A stretch of 32,659 bases of DNA from Craspedostauros australis (GCA_030167865.1 JALAGF010005422.1:1-32659); one strand, 5' to 3'. Positions 9,813-20,980 are shown, numbered from the stretch's first letter. Program-made: numbers and translations. Notes: generated by a model from the sequence alone, not told the origin.

Positions 9813-11795
9813 CGTCTACTCTGGGTGCCCTGCAAGTATGGTACGGGTTGTGTATGGCTTGTATGCCACGTGCACTCTGATCAATGAACGGAAGGCCTCC
9901 GAGATGATGATGGTGGCTGATGATGTGGATGCTCTCTGCTATTGTGCGTCGTTGGGGTGGTGTGCCAAGAGGTAGTCGCACGAGTGTCCGTCTCCCAAGA
10001 CGACGTTCCTCAAACAGTCGTGTGGTACGTCCGTACTCGTAGTCGTAGGCACGTACGGTTGGATTGCCTGTTTCGTCATTTTGTCGTGTGCGGCATGTTC
10101 GTTGGTGTTGTTGTGTTGTGTGTTTCACGAGAGGTGTCAGCCCCCATTTTCCGAATCGAAGTCATGTCATTTATGACCGAATCCATTGGGTCACAAAAGT
10201 ACATAGAAAGTCCTATTTGATCTCAATGCTTTCGGTGAACAACTGAATTGCGAATCGGCGGGCAACAAGGTCCAAGACACAATCTGCACGTTGGCTGGAG
10301 GACTTTCGGTTTGTTGTTTGTGTTTGTGTTTGTCACAAAGTTCGTGGACGGAAAACTCGTTTGTGGTCTCGTGGGTCGCAGGCATACAACGATGAGGTCC
10401 AGGAATGTGTGTATCGGTAGCAACAGAGTGAAGAGACTGGCGATGCTCTGCCCTCTGCTCCGCTGGAGTCCGCGTTCTGCGAAGTTACACACTTGTCTCT
10501 ACGTTATGAGGATTCGTACCAAGGGGAGATCAGTTGTTGCGAGTTTCAATCTCGCAGTTTGACTTTCGCATCTCTTCCCTCTGCTTCCCCGCGATCATCG
10601 AACAACTGTCTCAAGGTGACCGTTCCGTGAAGTACAAGTTCGATACCCACCATGGTACCTACTACTATTACTCTCTCTCTCTCTCTCTCGAGAATAGAGT
10701 GCAAGTATTGCACAGCTGTTGCACTGTATCACTTGACGGCTGATGCGATGGGGGGCACCACAACATGCTCCGGACGGAAACCCAAAATGTTGATTCTTCC
10801 TATCCTTCGGGCGAACTCGGTCTTGTTGACTACAGCCCAACGACTAATTGCAGTCGTAGATTACGGGGATGGTGCCGATGTGCCGATGTACCGTACTTCC
10901 AACAACGAGCACGATTCCGGAGCATGTCAACTGGCGCAGGGCAGAGGTCGAGAAGGATCAGGAAAGTGCTCACATTTGGCCGAGGTGCGGCACCAGGGCC
11001 ACCAGTGTGCTAACACATATAATCGGGCAAGCGGACTCGTCCGTGTGGTATCATGCCGACCAAACATGTCCACCGGACAAGTCCTCAACTTCCGTGCCGG
11101 TCGCACTTTCATTATCTGGCCTCTTGTGGTCGCCTCGAGTGTTTCCACCTGGAACAGCTGACATTCTCCCATTGCGGATGGAAACTCCGAGTGCTCGCGA
11201 CCTGCGCACCTTGATGTCGATGCTGACGTTTGTGCTGTTGTTGGTGTTGATGTTAGCGCAGGGAGGAAGACAGGGGATGAAGCAAGCACATCTTCGACAC
11301 AGATTTATTCCGCCCAAGTACGTGTTGCTCTTCCTTGCGTATGGCAGTACGGCCTACGACTTCGATAGATCGCTGTACAGTTCGTGGCGCAATGACGAAC
11401 CTTGCCGAACCTCTTTGGGGTCAGCGGTTGAAGTTTCGTAACCTGTTTGTCGACACTTGATTGGTGCGCAGAGGACAGGCACAGAAACTGTGAATGCGCC
11501 AAACACGAACCTCGGACGGAAAAATCGCGAAGGCAATAGATGATCCTTCGCATCATGACGGCTGAACATGACGTCAATTTTGTCCACAACGGGCGCGAAA
11601 AGCGCCGTTCGGATACACCCGAAGCCCCGCTGTCTGCCACGGCGTCGTGGTGGACGGAAGCGTTGCCTTGTCCTCTTCATCCGGCCGGAGGAAGAACACA
11701 GTAGGGAGATATCGCATGTAATTTGATGAGTCCCAGGGTCCAAAATAACCTGATAGAGACATTTATTTTGGGGGGTGGATGAGAATTTCGCTTCT

Positions 11796-11850
11796 TCAAA
11801 TTACATGCCATGTCAAACGAAAGTTTCGTTTGACATGGCATGTAATTTGA
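11796..11850. repeat. Perfect inverted repeat, 27-bp arms with a 1-nt spacer
   Basis: TCAAATTACATGCCATGTCAAACGAAA-G-TTTCGTTTGACATGGCATGTAATTTGA. Confidence 0.97.
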
Positions 11851-12303
11851 GGAGTCCCGCCAAATACGAACTCCACGCGGAAGTAAACTGAATTGACAGT
11901 TTTTTATCCAATCAGAAGCGTACATGTTTCTTCGGTTCGCATCTTCATTGTTCTTGAATTGCCTTGTTTCTTTCCTAGACTAACGTTGATGTGAACGGTT
12001 CGAGTCAGCCAAGTTGCAGCATGCACGAAGCTGATCCTTGCCTCTGCGCAGGCCTTGTCCTCAGGTAACCAATTCCACACATGTCGAGACATGTTTTGGA
12101 GAAGTCGTAGTTGTTGTTTACCACATAGATTATATTCTTTAACTATGCGCCGTAGGCGCATTGTGTCACCTCGTTTTTCTGCATGATTCATCCGGCAGGA
12201 ACAGATGATGTTGGGGAAGCTGCTGTCCTTGTGGTGTATTCGATTGTGTGCATTAGATAGCGTGCATTAGATAGTGTAGGTGTAGTTAGAGCATGCATGT
12301 TAC

Positions 12304-12487
12304 NNNNNNNNNNNNNNNNNNNNNNNNNNNNNNNNNNNNNNNNNNNNNNNNNNNNNNNNNNNNNNNNNNNNNNNNNNNNNNNNNNNNNNNNNNNNNNNNN
12401 NNNNNNNNNNNNNNNNNNNNNNNNNNNNNNNNNNNNNNNNNNNNNNNNNNNNNNNNNNNNNNNNNNNNNNNNNNNNNNNNNNNNNNN
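12304..12487. other. Assembly gap (184 N)
   Basis: Run of N inside the TIR element. Confidence 0.99.
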
Positions 12488-13678
12488 CGACGTTGGGACC
12501 TGCTGGGCGAGCTGGCAAAGGTGGGTGGGGATGGGCCATGGTGGCAGCTCTTGGAGTGTTTGGAAGTAAAATCCTATGCGCTGGGACATCACATCGCGCT
12601 CTCCTTCCTCGTGAAGCGTGTAGTTCCGACTAGACCGCTGTTGCAGCAGCATGTGCCATAGCTCGTGGATCACCTCTGCCTGCCAGTGGATGGGCCAGCA
12701 GCGGTCTGGGGATGGAGGAGGGTTGGGGCTGTGCTTTGGGGAAATCTAGAGCGGGAACACATACAAGGCAAGTGCTACATATGACCTGTATGACAGAAAC
12801 ACGGAAACGGAACAGTAGGCAGTGATACCAACAAGCACGAACATGCATGTGGAAGCGTTGAGCATTCATTTTTGTTTGCTGTGAATGGAAACAACAATTG
12901 GAGAGGAAGGAACTTCCTGTTGTCATAGTCTTCCACCGAGGAAGGCTACTCAACAGCATAGATAAGGCTAGACATTATTGATGACGTCATTGTATGATTA
13001 ATTTGATTATTTCAGTCCCTCCAAGATCCAACGCGAACGCAAACATTTGGGGAGAGCTCCCCACTAGTTGTCACCACGACAGGTTCCAGGGGTGGCTTCA
13101 TTTTACATGCGATATCTCCCTAGTGTCTGCCGAATGTTCGTCCTCTTTCCTCCCTGGCCACCCACACGTGTGTGGGTCCTGTGTGCCAGTACTACGACTA
13201 CGACTATACGAGCTGTGGTTGCAGACACCATCACACGAGCGCGCACCCACTGCCGCACAAACGATTTGAAATCTGGAAGCAAACTGGCCTCAACGAAACC
13301 CGGTCAGCGGGGAGCAGCTGACGCACCACAAGACGACAAGGCGGCAAGACAACAAGACAACAAGGCCACATCGCCGCACCACAAACAAACCATTCGGATG
13401 CAACAAAGCGCCACGAGTCCACAACCGACAGACGTCCCTACATAACTCCGGAAACGCAACCAACGCATTCATTTCTTTTCTCTTCGCCACCATCGCCGTC
13501 GCCGTCACCGTCACCGTCACCACCATTGTCAGTATCATCACAATCACCACCATCAGAATACGCAAAAGCCCACATCAACAGCGAATTGACGAACGGCACG
13601 ACGAACAAAGCGCAACCGACAGCAAGTGAAGAAGAACGAGAAATCAACAACGCGACAACGCGATAGCACGATATAACC

Positions 13679-14486
13679 ATGGTTTCCGACATGAACTACT
13701 CGACAGTGTCTAACGTGATAGCCTCGTGGGATTCGCTGCGGCGGATTCCCGACTATCGGAGGGTGGCTGGGCTGAAGCTCTTTCGAGGGTGAGTACCATC
13801 AACAGTCGAGCTGGAGTCGTCCGTGTGGCGTGGGTGCTCCCTTGCATACGGGCTTCTTGATTGGGAGCGGAAACGCGCCGCGCCTCGTGTTCCGTTCCGT
13901 TGCACTGCATTGCAATGGATTCCCCCCAATCACTCGTTTTGTTTCGCTTCCCTGCCTTTCGCGCACCACGCCTCATCTCAACTCGATTCGACTCACATAT
14001 CCTTGGCCACCCTGTCTCATTCTTTCGATACTTATGACCTCCGTTCCGCAACCGTGATCCCATCGGGCCTGCTGTTGCTCCTGTCGGGCGCGTTCCAATG
14101 CACAACCTTTCTCTTCGAGCAGATTCTTCTCAAGAGCACCATCCGGCGTCGCAATCTACTCCTTCAACGAGAACCAGCGGATCAATGACAAGCTCTTCCG
14201 AAATCCACGGATGATCCAGCATGCCACCCATTTCATACAGATGCTGGACCAAGCTATCAGTCTGCTGGGTCCCGACATCGAAACGCTCACAGAGATCTTG
14301 ATTGATTTGGGCGAAAGCCATGTCCGCTACGGCGTCAAGCCGCATATGTACGGCCCAATGGGAGAGGCGTTGATTGAGACCCTGGGGGACATGCTGGGCG
14401 ATCAGTTCACAGACGAAATTAAAGCCTCCTGGATCGAGGTGTACCAAGCATTCAGCTACGACATGATCCGGGGAGCGAGAACATGA
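13679..14486 (+). CDS. Single-domain 3/3 globin, neuroglobin-like (2 exons, ~157 aa)
   Basis: Exon 13679-13788 (MVSDMNYSTVSNVIASWDSLRRIPDYRRVAGLKLFRG; donor GTGAGT) and exon 14123-14486 (CAG acceptor; FFSRAP…MIQHATHF…LGESHVRYGV…WIEVY). A-helix SW, C2 Pro, distal His E7, proximal His F8 and H-helix Trp are present. Confidence 0.92.
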
Positions 14487-15046
14487 CAAAGTCCCTAACA
14501 TACAGTTGCCACTTGTGGGAAGGGTGCCATCCAAGGATGAGTCGGATGGTACGAATAATGCCATACAGGAAGACAAACACACAACTGTACAATATGACCA
14601 CAGGTGCCACTACTGGCAGGAAGTGGCTCAAACCAGTGATATCGTCTGTGCGTATTGGTACGCTGTGCACGCGCTGTCTCTCTCTCCCCCCACCCAAACT
14701 TGGCGATGGTAAGAAGGATGAGAGAGATAGTGTAAGCCACAATTAGTCTCGTATTATTCTATATGCTATTACTATTATTTGTTCACTCGCAGACATCACC
14801 ATGGCTACTTGTGCGTATTATAGAGTATGAGCGGAATTGCGATGCGACGACCCAGGGATTCTGGTGATTATTGTGCTCGGACGAGCCATGGTACGAGTAC
14901 GACTATGAGTACGAGCATGAGTACAACGGACATGCCATGACGATGCCGCACATGTGGTTTCGCTCAGTTTGATGTAATACTCAATTACATTTACGGATTC
15001 CATCGCACAAGACTGGTATGTTGCTCGTAGCATCTCTCTTCGTCCA

Positions 15047-17902
15047 TCATGAAGGGCTGGCGTCAGTTCCTGTGGTTTTTGTTGTTCCAGCTTTTGATGT
15101 CTTTGTCTTTACTGTCGTTGCTGCTGCCGCCGTCGCTTTTGCCCGGGGACGCTTTGCTCGCGACGTTGCTCGTGATTTTGCCGTCATCTTTTGTTTCTGC
15201 TGCTTCTGCTTGTGTCGCTTTTGTTCCTCCTTCACCTCCCTGCGCTGATGCATAGCGTAATGGTTTTGCTGTTGCTGTTCGCTCTTCATGATGGTCAAAC
15301 ACCCAAGGTAGTTGCATGTCCTGTACTTCCAGCCAGTTTTCTTGTGACGGTTGAAGCGCACTGACTGGTTGGTGGCCTCCTTCTCCAAGAACAGGTGCTT
15401 CCAGTCCCACTGCTCAATCGACAGTGCTGGTGTCGGCTTGCCGGATGACAACGCTTTGTCCATGCACCCAAAACGATGTTTGTACACATGATGCCAGAAC
15501 CAGTTCGATTTGGTGGAGCAATCATTCCACACCTTGCACACTTGGAATGCGCAATACAGAGCGGCCGGCTCGCAGTACACGAGGATGTGCTGTAGCATCT
15601 CGGCTGGCATGCCCTTCCATAGATCGTTCGGGACAGGTAGTGTTTGCTCGGATTCGATTGCCACTCTCCCATCTGCTTCTGGTGCGGATTTTCTGTTGCA
15701 CGAAAGCAACCCATCAAATATATCCAGCTCTTCGCGGCGAGCCGCATCCCTCATTCCCAAGCTGTCGGCGAAAGGCCACGCACCTCCGACTTTCGTGGGT
15801 GGCTTCTCAACATCTCCGACGCTGCCTCCGCCAACAGCATCGTCGTCGTCGTCATCATCATCATCAGCAGCAGTATGATCTTCGGAAATGTCTAGCAGAC
15901 CGATGATACTTAAGCGTTGCAACGCACGCAATATTTTCTGCCGAGATTCAGACTCGGGGGGATTGGAGGGTATCCATAATGATGGCGAACTGTACACCAC
16001 TGCGAAATGGTTGGCATACCTCCAGATTGATGCGGTGATGGCGTCTTGTTCGAGCAAGAGCTGCGATAGGCGGCGAGATAGAATATGGGCAACTGCGAAT
16101 CGGCAGGGTGACGAGCACGGCAGGTTCCTCGTTTCTGCGGCAACTTTTGTCTCTGTCTCTGCCTCTGCTTCTACTCTTCCTCTTTGTTCCATCGCAGAGG
16201 CTTCTGGAGATGAGGCCTTGATGGATTCTAGTAGCGGTCGAAGCGCGTTGTAGCATCGTTGACGACAATCAAAAGCAGAACATTCGACGATCCACTCTGA
16301 GAATATCCGAAGATACTCCCACCGCCCGCATCGTTGATAACAGTTCCAGCATACCGATGCAATCTGTTCGCATTGAAAAGGCCTGCGCTGTACAGACAAC
16401 GCCATGCATAGACGCATACTCGGCGACGTGGCTCTTGCTGCCACCATTTGCACGATTTGGTGTGGCCAGATTGAATCATTTTGAATCCGAGCGGGGTGGG
16501 ACGAATGGCGCAAGATGGAATGGTTCCTGACGAAGCAATCCTGCAGTTTACGATATGCACGTGATCGAACTGCTCCAATTTGTTCCCACAGTGACGTTTG
16601 CGCGTTCTGAGTCGCGGTGATGATAGATTTGTGTGTGCTGCCACTCGTGGCCCTGTTCCCTGGCACAGGTTCGTTAATGATGGCCTTCAATGATATGGAA
16701 GGCGATTGTCGTTGTGCGCCCCAAAACTGTCGCTTGAGCCTTTGCTCGTGTAGGCTCATGGCTTCGCCATCATGGATGTCGGAGAGAGTGATCTTCGTCC
16801 GTTTTTGTGGCCGATGGGGCGAGTGGCTCATGCTTGCCCCTGTCCTTGCCTTCGCCTTTATGTCTGCCTTCGTCTTGCGGCCGCTGTCCGTCTTCTGGAG
16901 GCGCACCCAGACCTTGGAAGTCGATGGCAGACTTGCAAGATCGAATGCCGATGCACTTGTATTGATGGGAAGTCTTTGGTGAATCTGCCAATCGTCTACA
17001 GTCGTTGCGACCTCCATCAGCGACTCGATGATCTGCAGGGCGATTGCTGGCGTGCATTCTTCATGCAAAAAGTGAAGCACTGAGATGAGACGATGCATCT
17101 GGCTTGGCCATCGTCGAGTCTTCCGTTCGTCCTGCGCCTGTGTTGAAAGCAACCTGGCGTCTCGAATGAAGGCAGACGCAATGCCATTCAGCCGAAGCGA
17201 AGGGGTCGCGTTTACTATCTTTTTGATGGAATGCAGCAGAAGGTGCTGCGATGGGGTCCACCTTGTGAATTGCGTCTGAAGACCGCTGGAGCCCGATGGC
17301 GGGAACATGGATGATGAACTTGTCATGGAGTCCAGTGCAGGCACGACGTCGCCCCGTTGTCGACGCATCCGAGGTGACGAAGTCAAAACTTGAATGAAAG
17401 TTTGAACCAAGTGTGGGCGAAAAACGTAGGGGATCACAGCTGGATTTAACAGAGTATCGATGAGGGCGCGCAGAGGGTTGTGTGCTGGACTCCCCCTTCG
17501 CGAGTGCTTGTCGTGAAAGTCGCAAAGCTGCATCCAGTCGACTGACAGAAGTGCTTCGTTCAGCTCATGTTCGCAGCCTCTCTTTCGTTTTCGTCCGACT
17601 GTGTCGCTGGCGGCATTGTCTGCGTACCAATGCTTGCCTCCCTTCATCATCGCGTTGCTCGTGTACTTGGTTGACGTCGGACTTCTCCTGCTGGTGCGGA
17701 ATCGGCATGGATCCATCACCAGGTTTTTCACGCAGGTGGTTAAGTTGTCCACATATGTCTCGTACGTTTCCGATTGAAATGTGCGCAGCGATGCCGCGGC
17801 AGCGAGCTCAGCAGCAGAGCATCTCTTCTCTCGATCGCCCTGGCCAGCGCTCCTGGTCACGCCCATAGAGTCACGATTATGATTGCCTGCAGCCAACATC
17901 AT
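15047..17902 (-). CDS. Large protein with a C-terminal F-box and C2H2-type zinc finger (~951 aa from first ATG)
   Basis: 2.9-kb ORF. F-box-like LWKGMPAEMLQHILVYCEPAALYCAFQVCKVWN…FWHHVY, then CNYLGC-x12-HYAMH and a Lys-rich tail. RKRKR NLS-like motif near the N-terminus. Start codon uncertain. Confidence 0.8.
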   Translation of the reverse strand: MMLAAGNHNRDSMGVTRSAGQGDREKRCSAAELAAAASLRTFQSETYETYVDNLTTCVKNLVMDPCRFRTSRRSPTSTKYTSNAMMKGGKHWYADNAASDTVGRKRKRGCEHELNEALLSVDWMQLCDFHDKHSRRGSPAHNPLRALIDTLLNPAVIPYVFRPHLVQTFIQVLTSSPRMRRQRGDVVPALDSMTSSSSMFPPSGSSGLQTQFTRWTPSQHLLLHSIKKIVNATPSLRLNGIASAFIRDARLLSTQAQDERKTRRWPSQMHRLISVLHFLHEECTPAIALQIIESLMEVATTVDDWQIHQRLPINTSASAFDLASLPSTSKVWVRLQKTDSGRKTKADIKAKARTGASMSHSPHRPQKRTKITLSDIHDGEAMSLHEQRLKRQFWGAQRQSPSISLKAIINEPVPGNRATSGSTHKSIITATQNAQTSLWEQIGAVRSRAYRKLQDCFVRNHSILRHSSHPARIQNDSIWPHQIVQMVAARATSPSMRLCMALSVQRRPFQCEQIASVCWNCYQRCGRWEYLRIFSEWIVECSAFDCRQRCYNALRPLLESIKASSPEASAMEQRGRVEAEAETETKVAAETRNLPCSSPCRFAVAHILSRRLSQLLLEQDAITASIWRYANHFAVVYSSPSLWIPSNPPESESRQKILRALQRLSIIGLLDISEDHTAADDDDDDDDDAVGGGSVGDVEKPPTKVGGAWPFADSLGMRDAARREELDIFDGLLSCNRKSAPEADGRVAIESEQTLPVPNDLWKGMPAEMLQHILVYCEPAALYCAFQVCKVWNDCSTKSNWFWHHVYKHRFGCMDKALSSGKPTPALSIEQWDWKHLFLEKEATNQSVRFNRHKKTGWKYRTCNYLGCLTIMKSEQQQQNHYAMHQRREVKEEQKRHKQKQQKQKMTAKSRATSRAKRPRAKATAAAATTVKTKTSKAGTTKTTGTDASPS

Positions 17903-18679
17903 CGCGGCATTCCACGGCAATCGACGGCAATCCACTTGTACCAACACATGCACGTTCGTGAGCACGTATGCATGAATGCACGCTCTCGCTTCAGTCTGTC
18001 TCTAGCTCTCTCTCTCCCTCGCCCGCACGCGCCGTGATCTCTTGTGCGGATCTTTTCGTCGAGAATCGGATCTTCTTTCACGCTGCTGCTGCTGCTACTG
18101 CTGCTGCTGCTGCTATCGAAAGATAGCTCGTACGAGGAGATCCGACAGCTTGAGCTGACCAAGGAAAGCGTGAATGTGGACTACATGTAATCTAACCCAC
18201 GAGCAGATCGGTGATGCGCAGAGTACGTATGATAATGTCGACACTCCTTGTGTGGTTTCGGGGACCTGTGGATTGCTCTGACTCGTACCTCGCACCTTGT
18301 GCTCTGTGTGGATGGGTTGTGGTGGGAGACAGACAACACACACATCAACGACGTGGTGGTTGCGAGTTCGTGATTGAGACGACAGACACAGTACATGGTA
18401 TCGTATCAGCGGTCTCACAAATTCGACCAACCAATTGTCAAGGGCTGGGCCGGAAACATGAAGATACCATGAATGAGGTAATTGTTCGTTCCACGTCTCA
18501 AACCCAACGCACACAATAACACGACTGGCGCAGACAACAACGAATTCCCGATTATCCGCCCAACATCAACTTGCTCGGACCGCGAGCTGTGGTGTGGTGG
18601 CATCCGTCTTGGATGTTGTCGCCGTCCAGTCACAACCGCAGTCGCGACCAGAGAGCGAGAGAGAGAGAGAGAAGAGACG

Positions 18680-19762
18680 ATGGGCGGGGGGCAGAGCAAG
18701 AAGGCCGAAGAACAGTCGTTGAGGCTGCTGCAGTGCTCCATCGATGGAGATCTGAGGGAAGTCAAGCACATCATCGAGACGTACTTGGAACACCAAATGA
18801 AAGGGAATGAAAGTGGCAACGACAACGACAACGACGGCCATATCAGTGACAATGGCAGCGGCGGTGACAGAGTATCGCACGTCAAAGCGTTTGTAAACAC
18901 GTCTGATCCCCAGGGTAACACAGCCCTGCACGGCGCCGTCTTCTCCGGACACATGGACGTGGTGCGGTACCTAATCGAGGAATGCCACAGCGACATCGAC
19001 CAGCAGAACGGACTCGGTTGCTCGCCCACTTGGCTTGCGGCCGGATACGATCGATGCGAGGTCTTGCAGTACTTGCTGAAGAGGCACCCCGATCCCAAGT
19101 CGGCTTTGCTGTCGACTGTTGCGGCCAACAAGACGGGGGACACACCGCTCGTGGCAGCAGCATCGAAAGGCAACGTGGCAGCGTGCCAGTTGCTCAAGCA
19201 GATGGCGTCGGAACTGGATGTCCCGTGGGGCCAGATGGTGCTGCGTAGGAATAAAGGCAACGACAACGCCTTGAACGTGGCCATTGCCGGCGGTCACAAT
19301 CAAGATGAATTGCTGGATCCATTCCTCGCCGAACTGTCAGGCGCCGATCTGGATGAACCCAACACAAAGGGCCTCTCGCCCTTCCTGATTGCCAGCGAGC
19401 GCGACGATGTTAAATTGGCCAAGAAGCTTTTGAGCAAGGGTGCTTCGTGGAACGTGCAGGACTCGAACGGCTCGTCGCCGCTGAGCATAGCAGCATTTTG
19501 CGGCAACCCTCACATCATCAAAGAAGTGCTGCTGCAGAAGGAGGAGCTGCGGGATAGGCAAAACCGCAACGGGTGCACGGCGCTCTGGTTAGCGGTCAGG
19601 GCAGGCCGCCCGGAAGTCGTGGACGCGCTGCTGGAAGGTGGGTGCGATCCTTCCATCTCCAACAAAGACGGGTTATCCCCACTCGATGCTGCCAAAAAAT
19701 ACAAACGCGATGCCATCGCGAGGCTTTTGGAGGACCATATTGCCAGCAATCCAACAGAGTAA
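18680..19762 (+). CDS. Ankyrin-repeat protein (~360 aa) with N-myristoylation motif
   Basis: Repeats GNTALHGA, GCSPTWLAA, GDTPLVAAA, NDNALNVA, GLSPFLIA, GSSPLSIAA, GCTALWLA, GLSPLDAA. First ATG gives MGGGQSKK. Confidence 0.93.
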   Translation: MGGGQSKKAEEQSLRLLQCSIDGDLREVKHIIETYLEHQMKGNESGNDNDNDGHISDNGSGGDRVSHVKAFVNTSDPQGNTALHGAVFSGHMDVVRYLIEECHSDIDQQNGLGCSPTWLAAGYDRCEVLQYLLKRHPDPKSALLSTVAANKTGDTPLVAAASKGNVAACQLLKQMASELDVPWGQMVLRRNKGNDNALNVAIAGGHNQDELLDPFLAELSGADLDEPNTKGLSPFLIASERDDVKLAKKLLSKGASWNVQDSNGSSPLSIAAFCGNPHIIKEVLLQKEELRDRQNRNGCTALWLAVRAGRPEVVDALLEGGCDPSISNKDGLSPLDAAKKYKRDAIARLLEDHIASNPTE

Positions 19763-20243
19763 AGACATGTGTAATAGCAGAGTATATACCTCATGCAGTC
19801 TACTTGCTGACACCCGCCCCAGAGCATTCGAGAGGAGGGTGCACCTGTGCAGTGTGGTACGATTCTATGCACGAACAACGAACAAATGCGTGGCCATGCT
19901 CCGTCAACTCAACTGAAATAATCATAATATAATGTAATCGAATGTATTATCATATAATATAATGCGATGCTTGCCAATGGCATATCATCACCGTGTCTTC
20001 ATCATGCACTCTGCAAGCACCTGATCGTGCATACAAGTATTAGACAGGTATTCTATTACATAATATTCTAGAATACAAGCTAATCGCACTGCACCACACG
20101 GCATAGGCGGGCACCCCGCGCCTTGGGCTCCGCAGGCATTGGTACGACTACCTGTGCGATGCTGACATCGTCGCGACGGTGACGTGTGGACACGACTGCG
20201 ATTTCGACACACACGACTGAGCTGCATCATTCTCTCAGAAGTT

Positions 20244-20320
20244 CGCGCCAAAAATGAAAACGCGGAACTGGCGATTTGACTCGTCCGAACAACCCCGTCA
20301 CACACACAACCGCGCCAAAA
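20244..20320. promoter_or_regulatory. Two E2F-type sites upstream of RPA1
   Basis: CGCGCCAAAA at 20244-20253 and 20311-20320 (reverse complement TTTTGGCGCG, matching TTTSSCGC), just before a C/A-rich leader-like tract. Confidence 0.55.
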
Positions 20321-20980
20321 GTTCCCTCCGTTTGCGATACCTTGAAATTAGTGGTTGTTTTGTCGCGGTGCTGAGTTGCTGTGGTGTCGTTCATCGCAGA
20401 AACACACAGCAGCGCAAAGCGTGAAACACACACAAATCACAAATCACAAATCGCTGACAACTGGAAGGCAACGTTTCTCACCTCACAACCACCACAAACA
20501 CAGACACAAGCACAAGCACAACCATAAGAGCAACCACAAGAGCAATTCAAGCCCAAGACATCAATCATCATCCAATTTTCCACATTGCCACCAGATCAAC
20601 AACAGTGAGTCGAGAACAAGAGGAAAGCGAGCAGGAACGCCAAAGAGGAGGTGCTGCTGTTGGCGATGCGGGGATTTGGGCGCCTCACCCCATTTTATGC
20701 TTCCGACAGCGTGCGTGTGCATCGTTCACACATCTGATTGCTCACCGCCTTCCTACCTTTCTCTGCCTTCATGGTATGGCGCTGCTGTCCTCTGATCCGG
20801 ACCGTTTGTGCTGCTTCCTATACTATACTATGATATTATTTTATATTGTATGACACCATGGAACATTGTGTTGTCTCGCATTACGCTGGACAATGAATTG
20901 ATAACCGCATTTGCGTTCATCAACCAAACACACAAATACTTGCCCTGCTATAAAAACCACAAGAACGAGCAAGCACAAAC

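Larger units (their letters stand above)
11704..13120. mobile_element. TIR DNA transposon, probably non-autonomous or decayed; superfamily unassigned
   Basis: Perfect 18-bp TIRs GGGAGATATCGCATGTAA (11704-11721) and TTACATGCGATATCTCCC (13103-13120), extending imperfectly to about 35 bp. TA flanks both ends (11702-11703, 13121-13122). Subterminal copies of the TIR motif. A 184-N gap lies inside. Confidence 0.8.

Noticed and set aside
11990..12012. GGTTCGAGTC B-box/tRNA-like motif
   Set aside because: Flanks do not form a T-stem and no cloverleaf or A-box is evident.
18415..19284. 289-aa minus ORF opposite the ankyrin gene; likewise 28796-29674 and 25258-26061 on the plus strand
   Set aside because: Antisense shadows of well-supported genes, with low-complexity translations.
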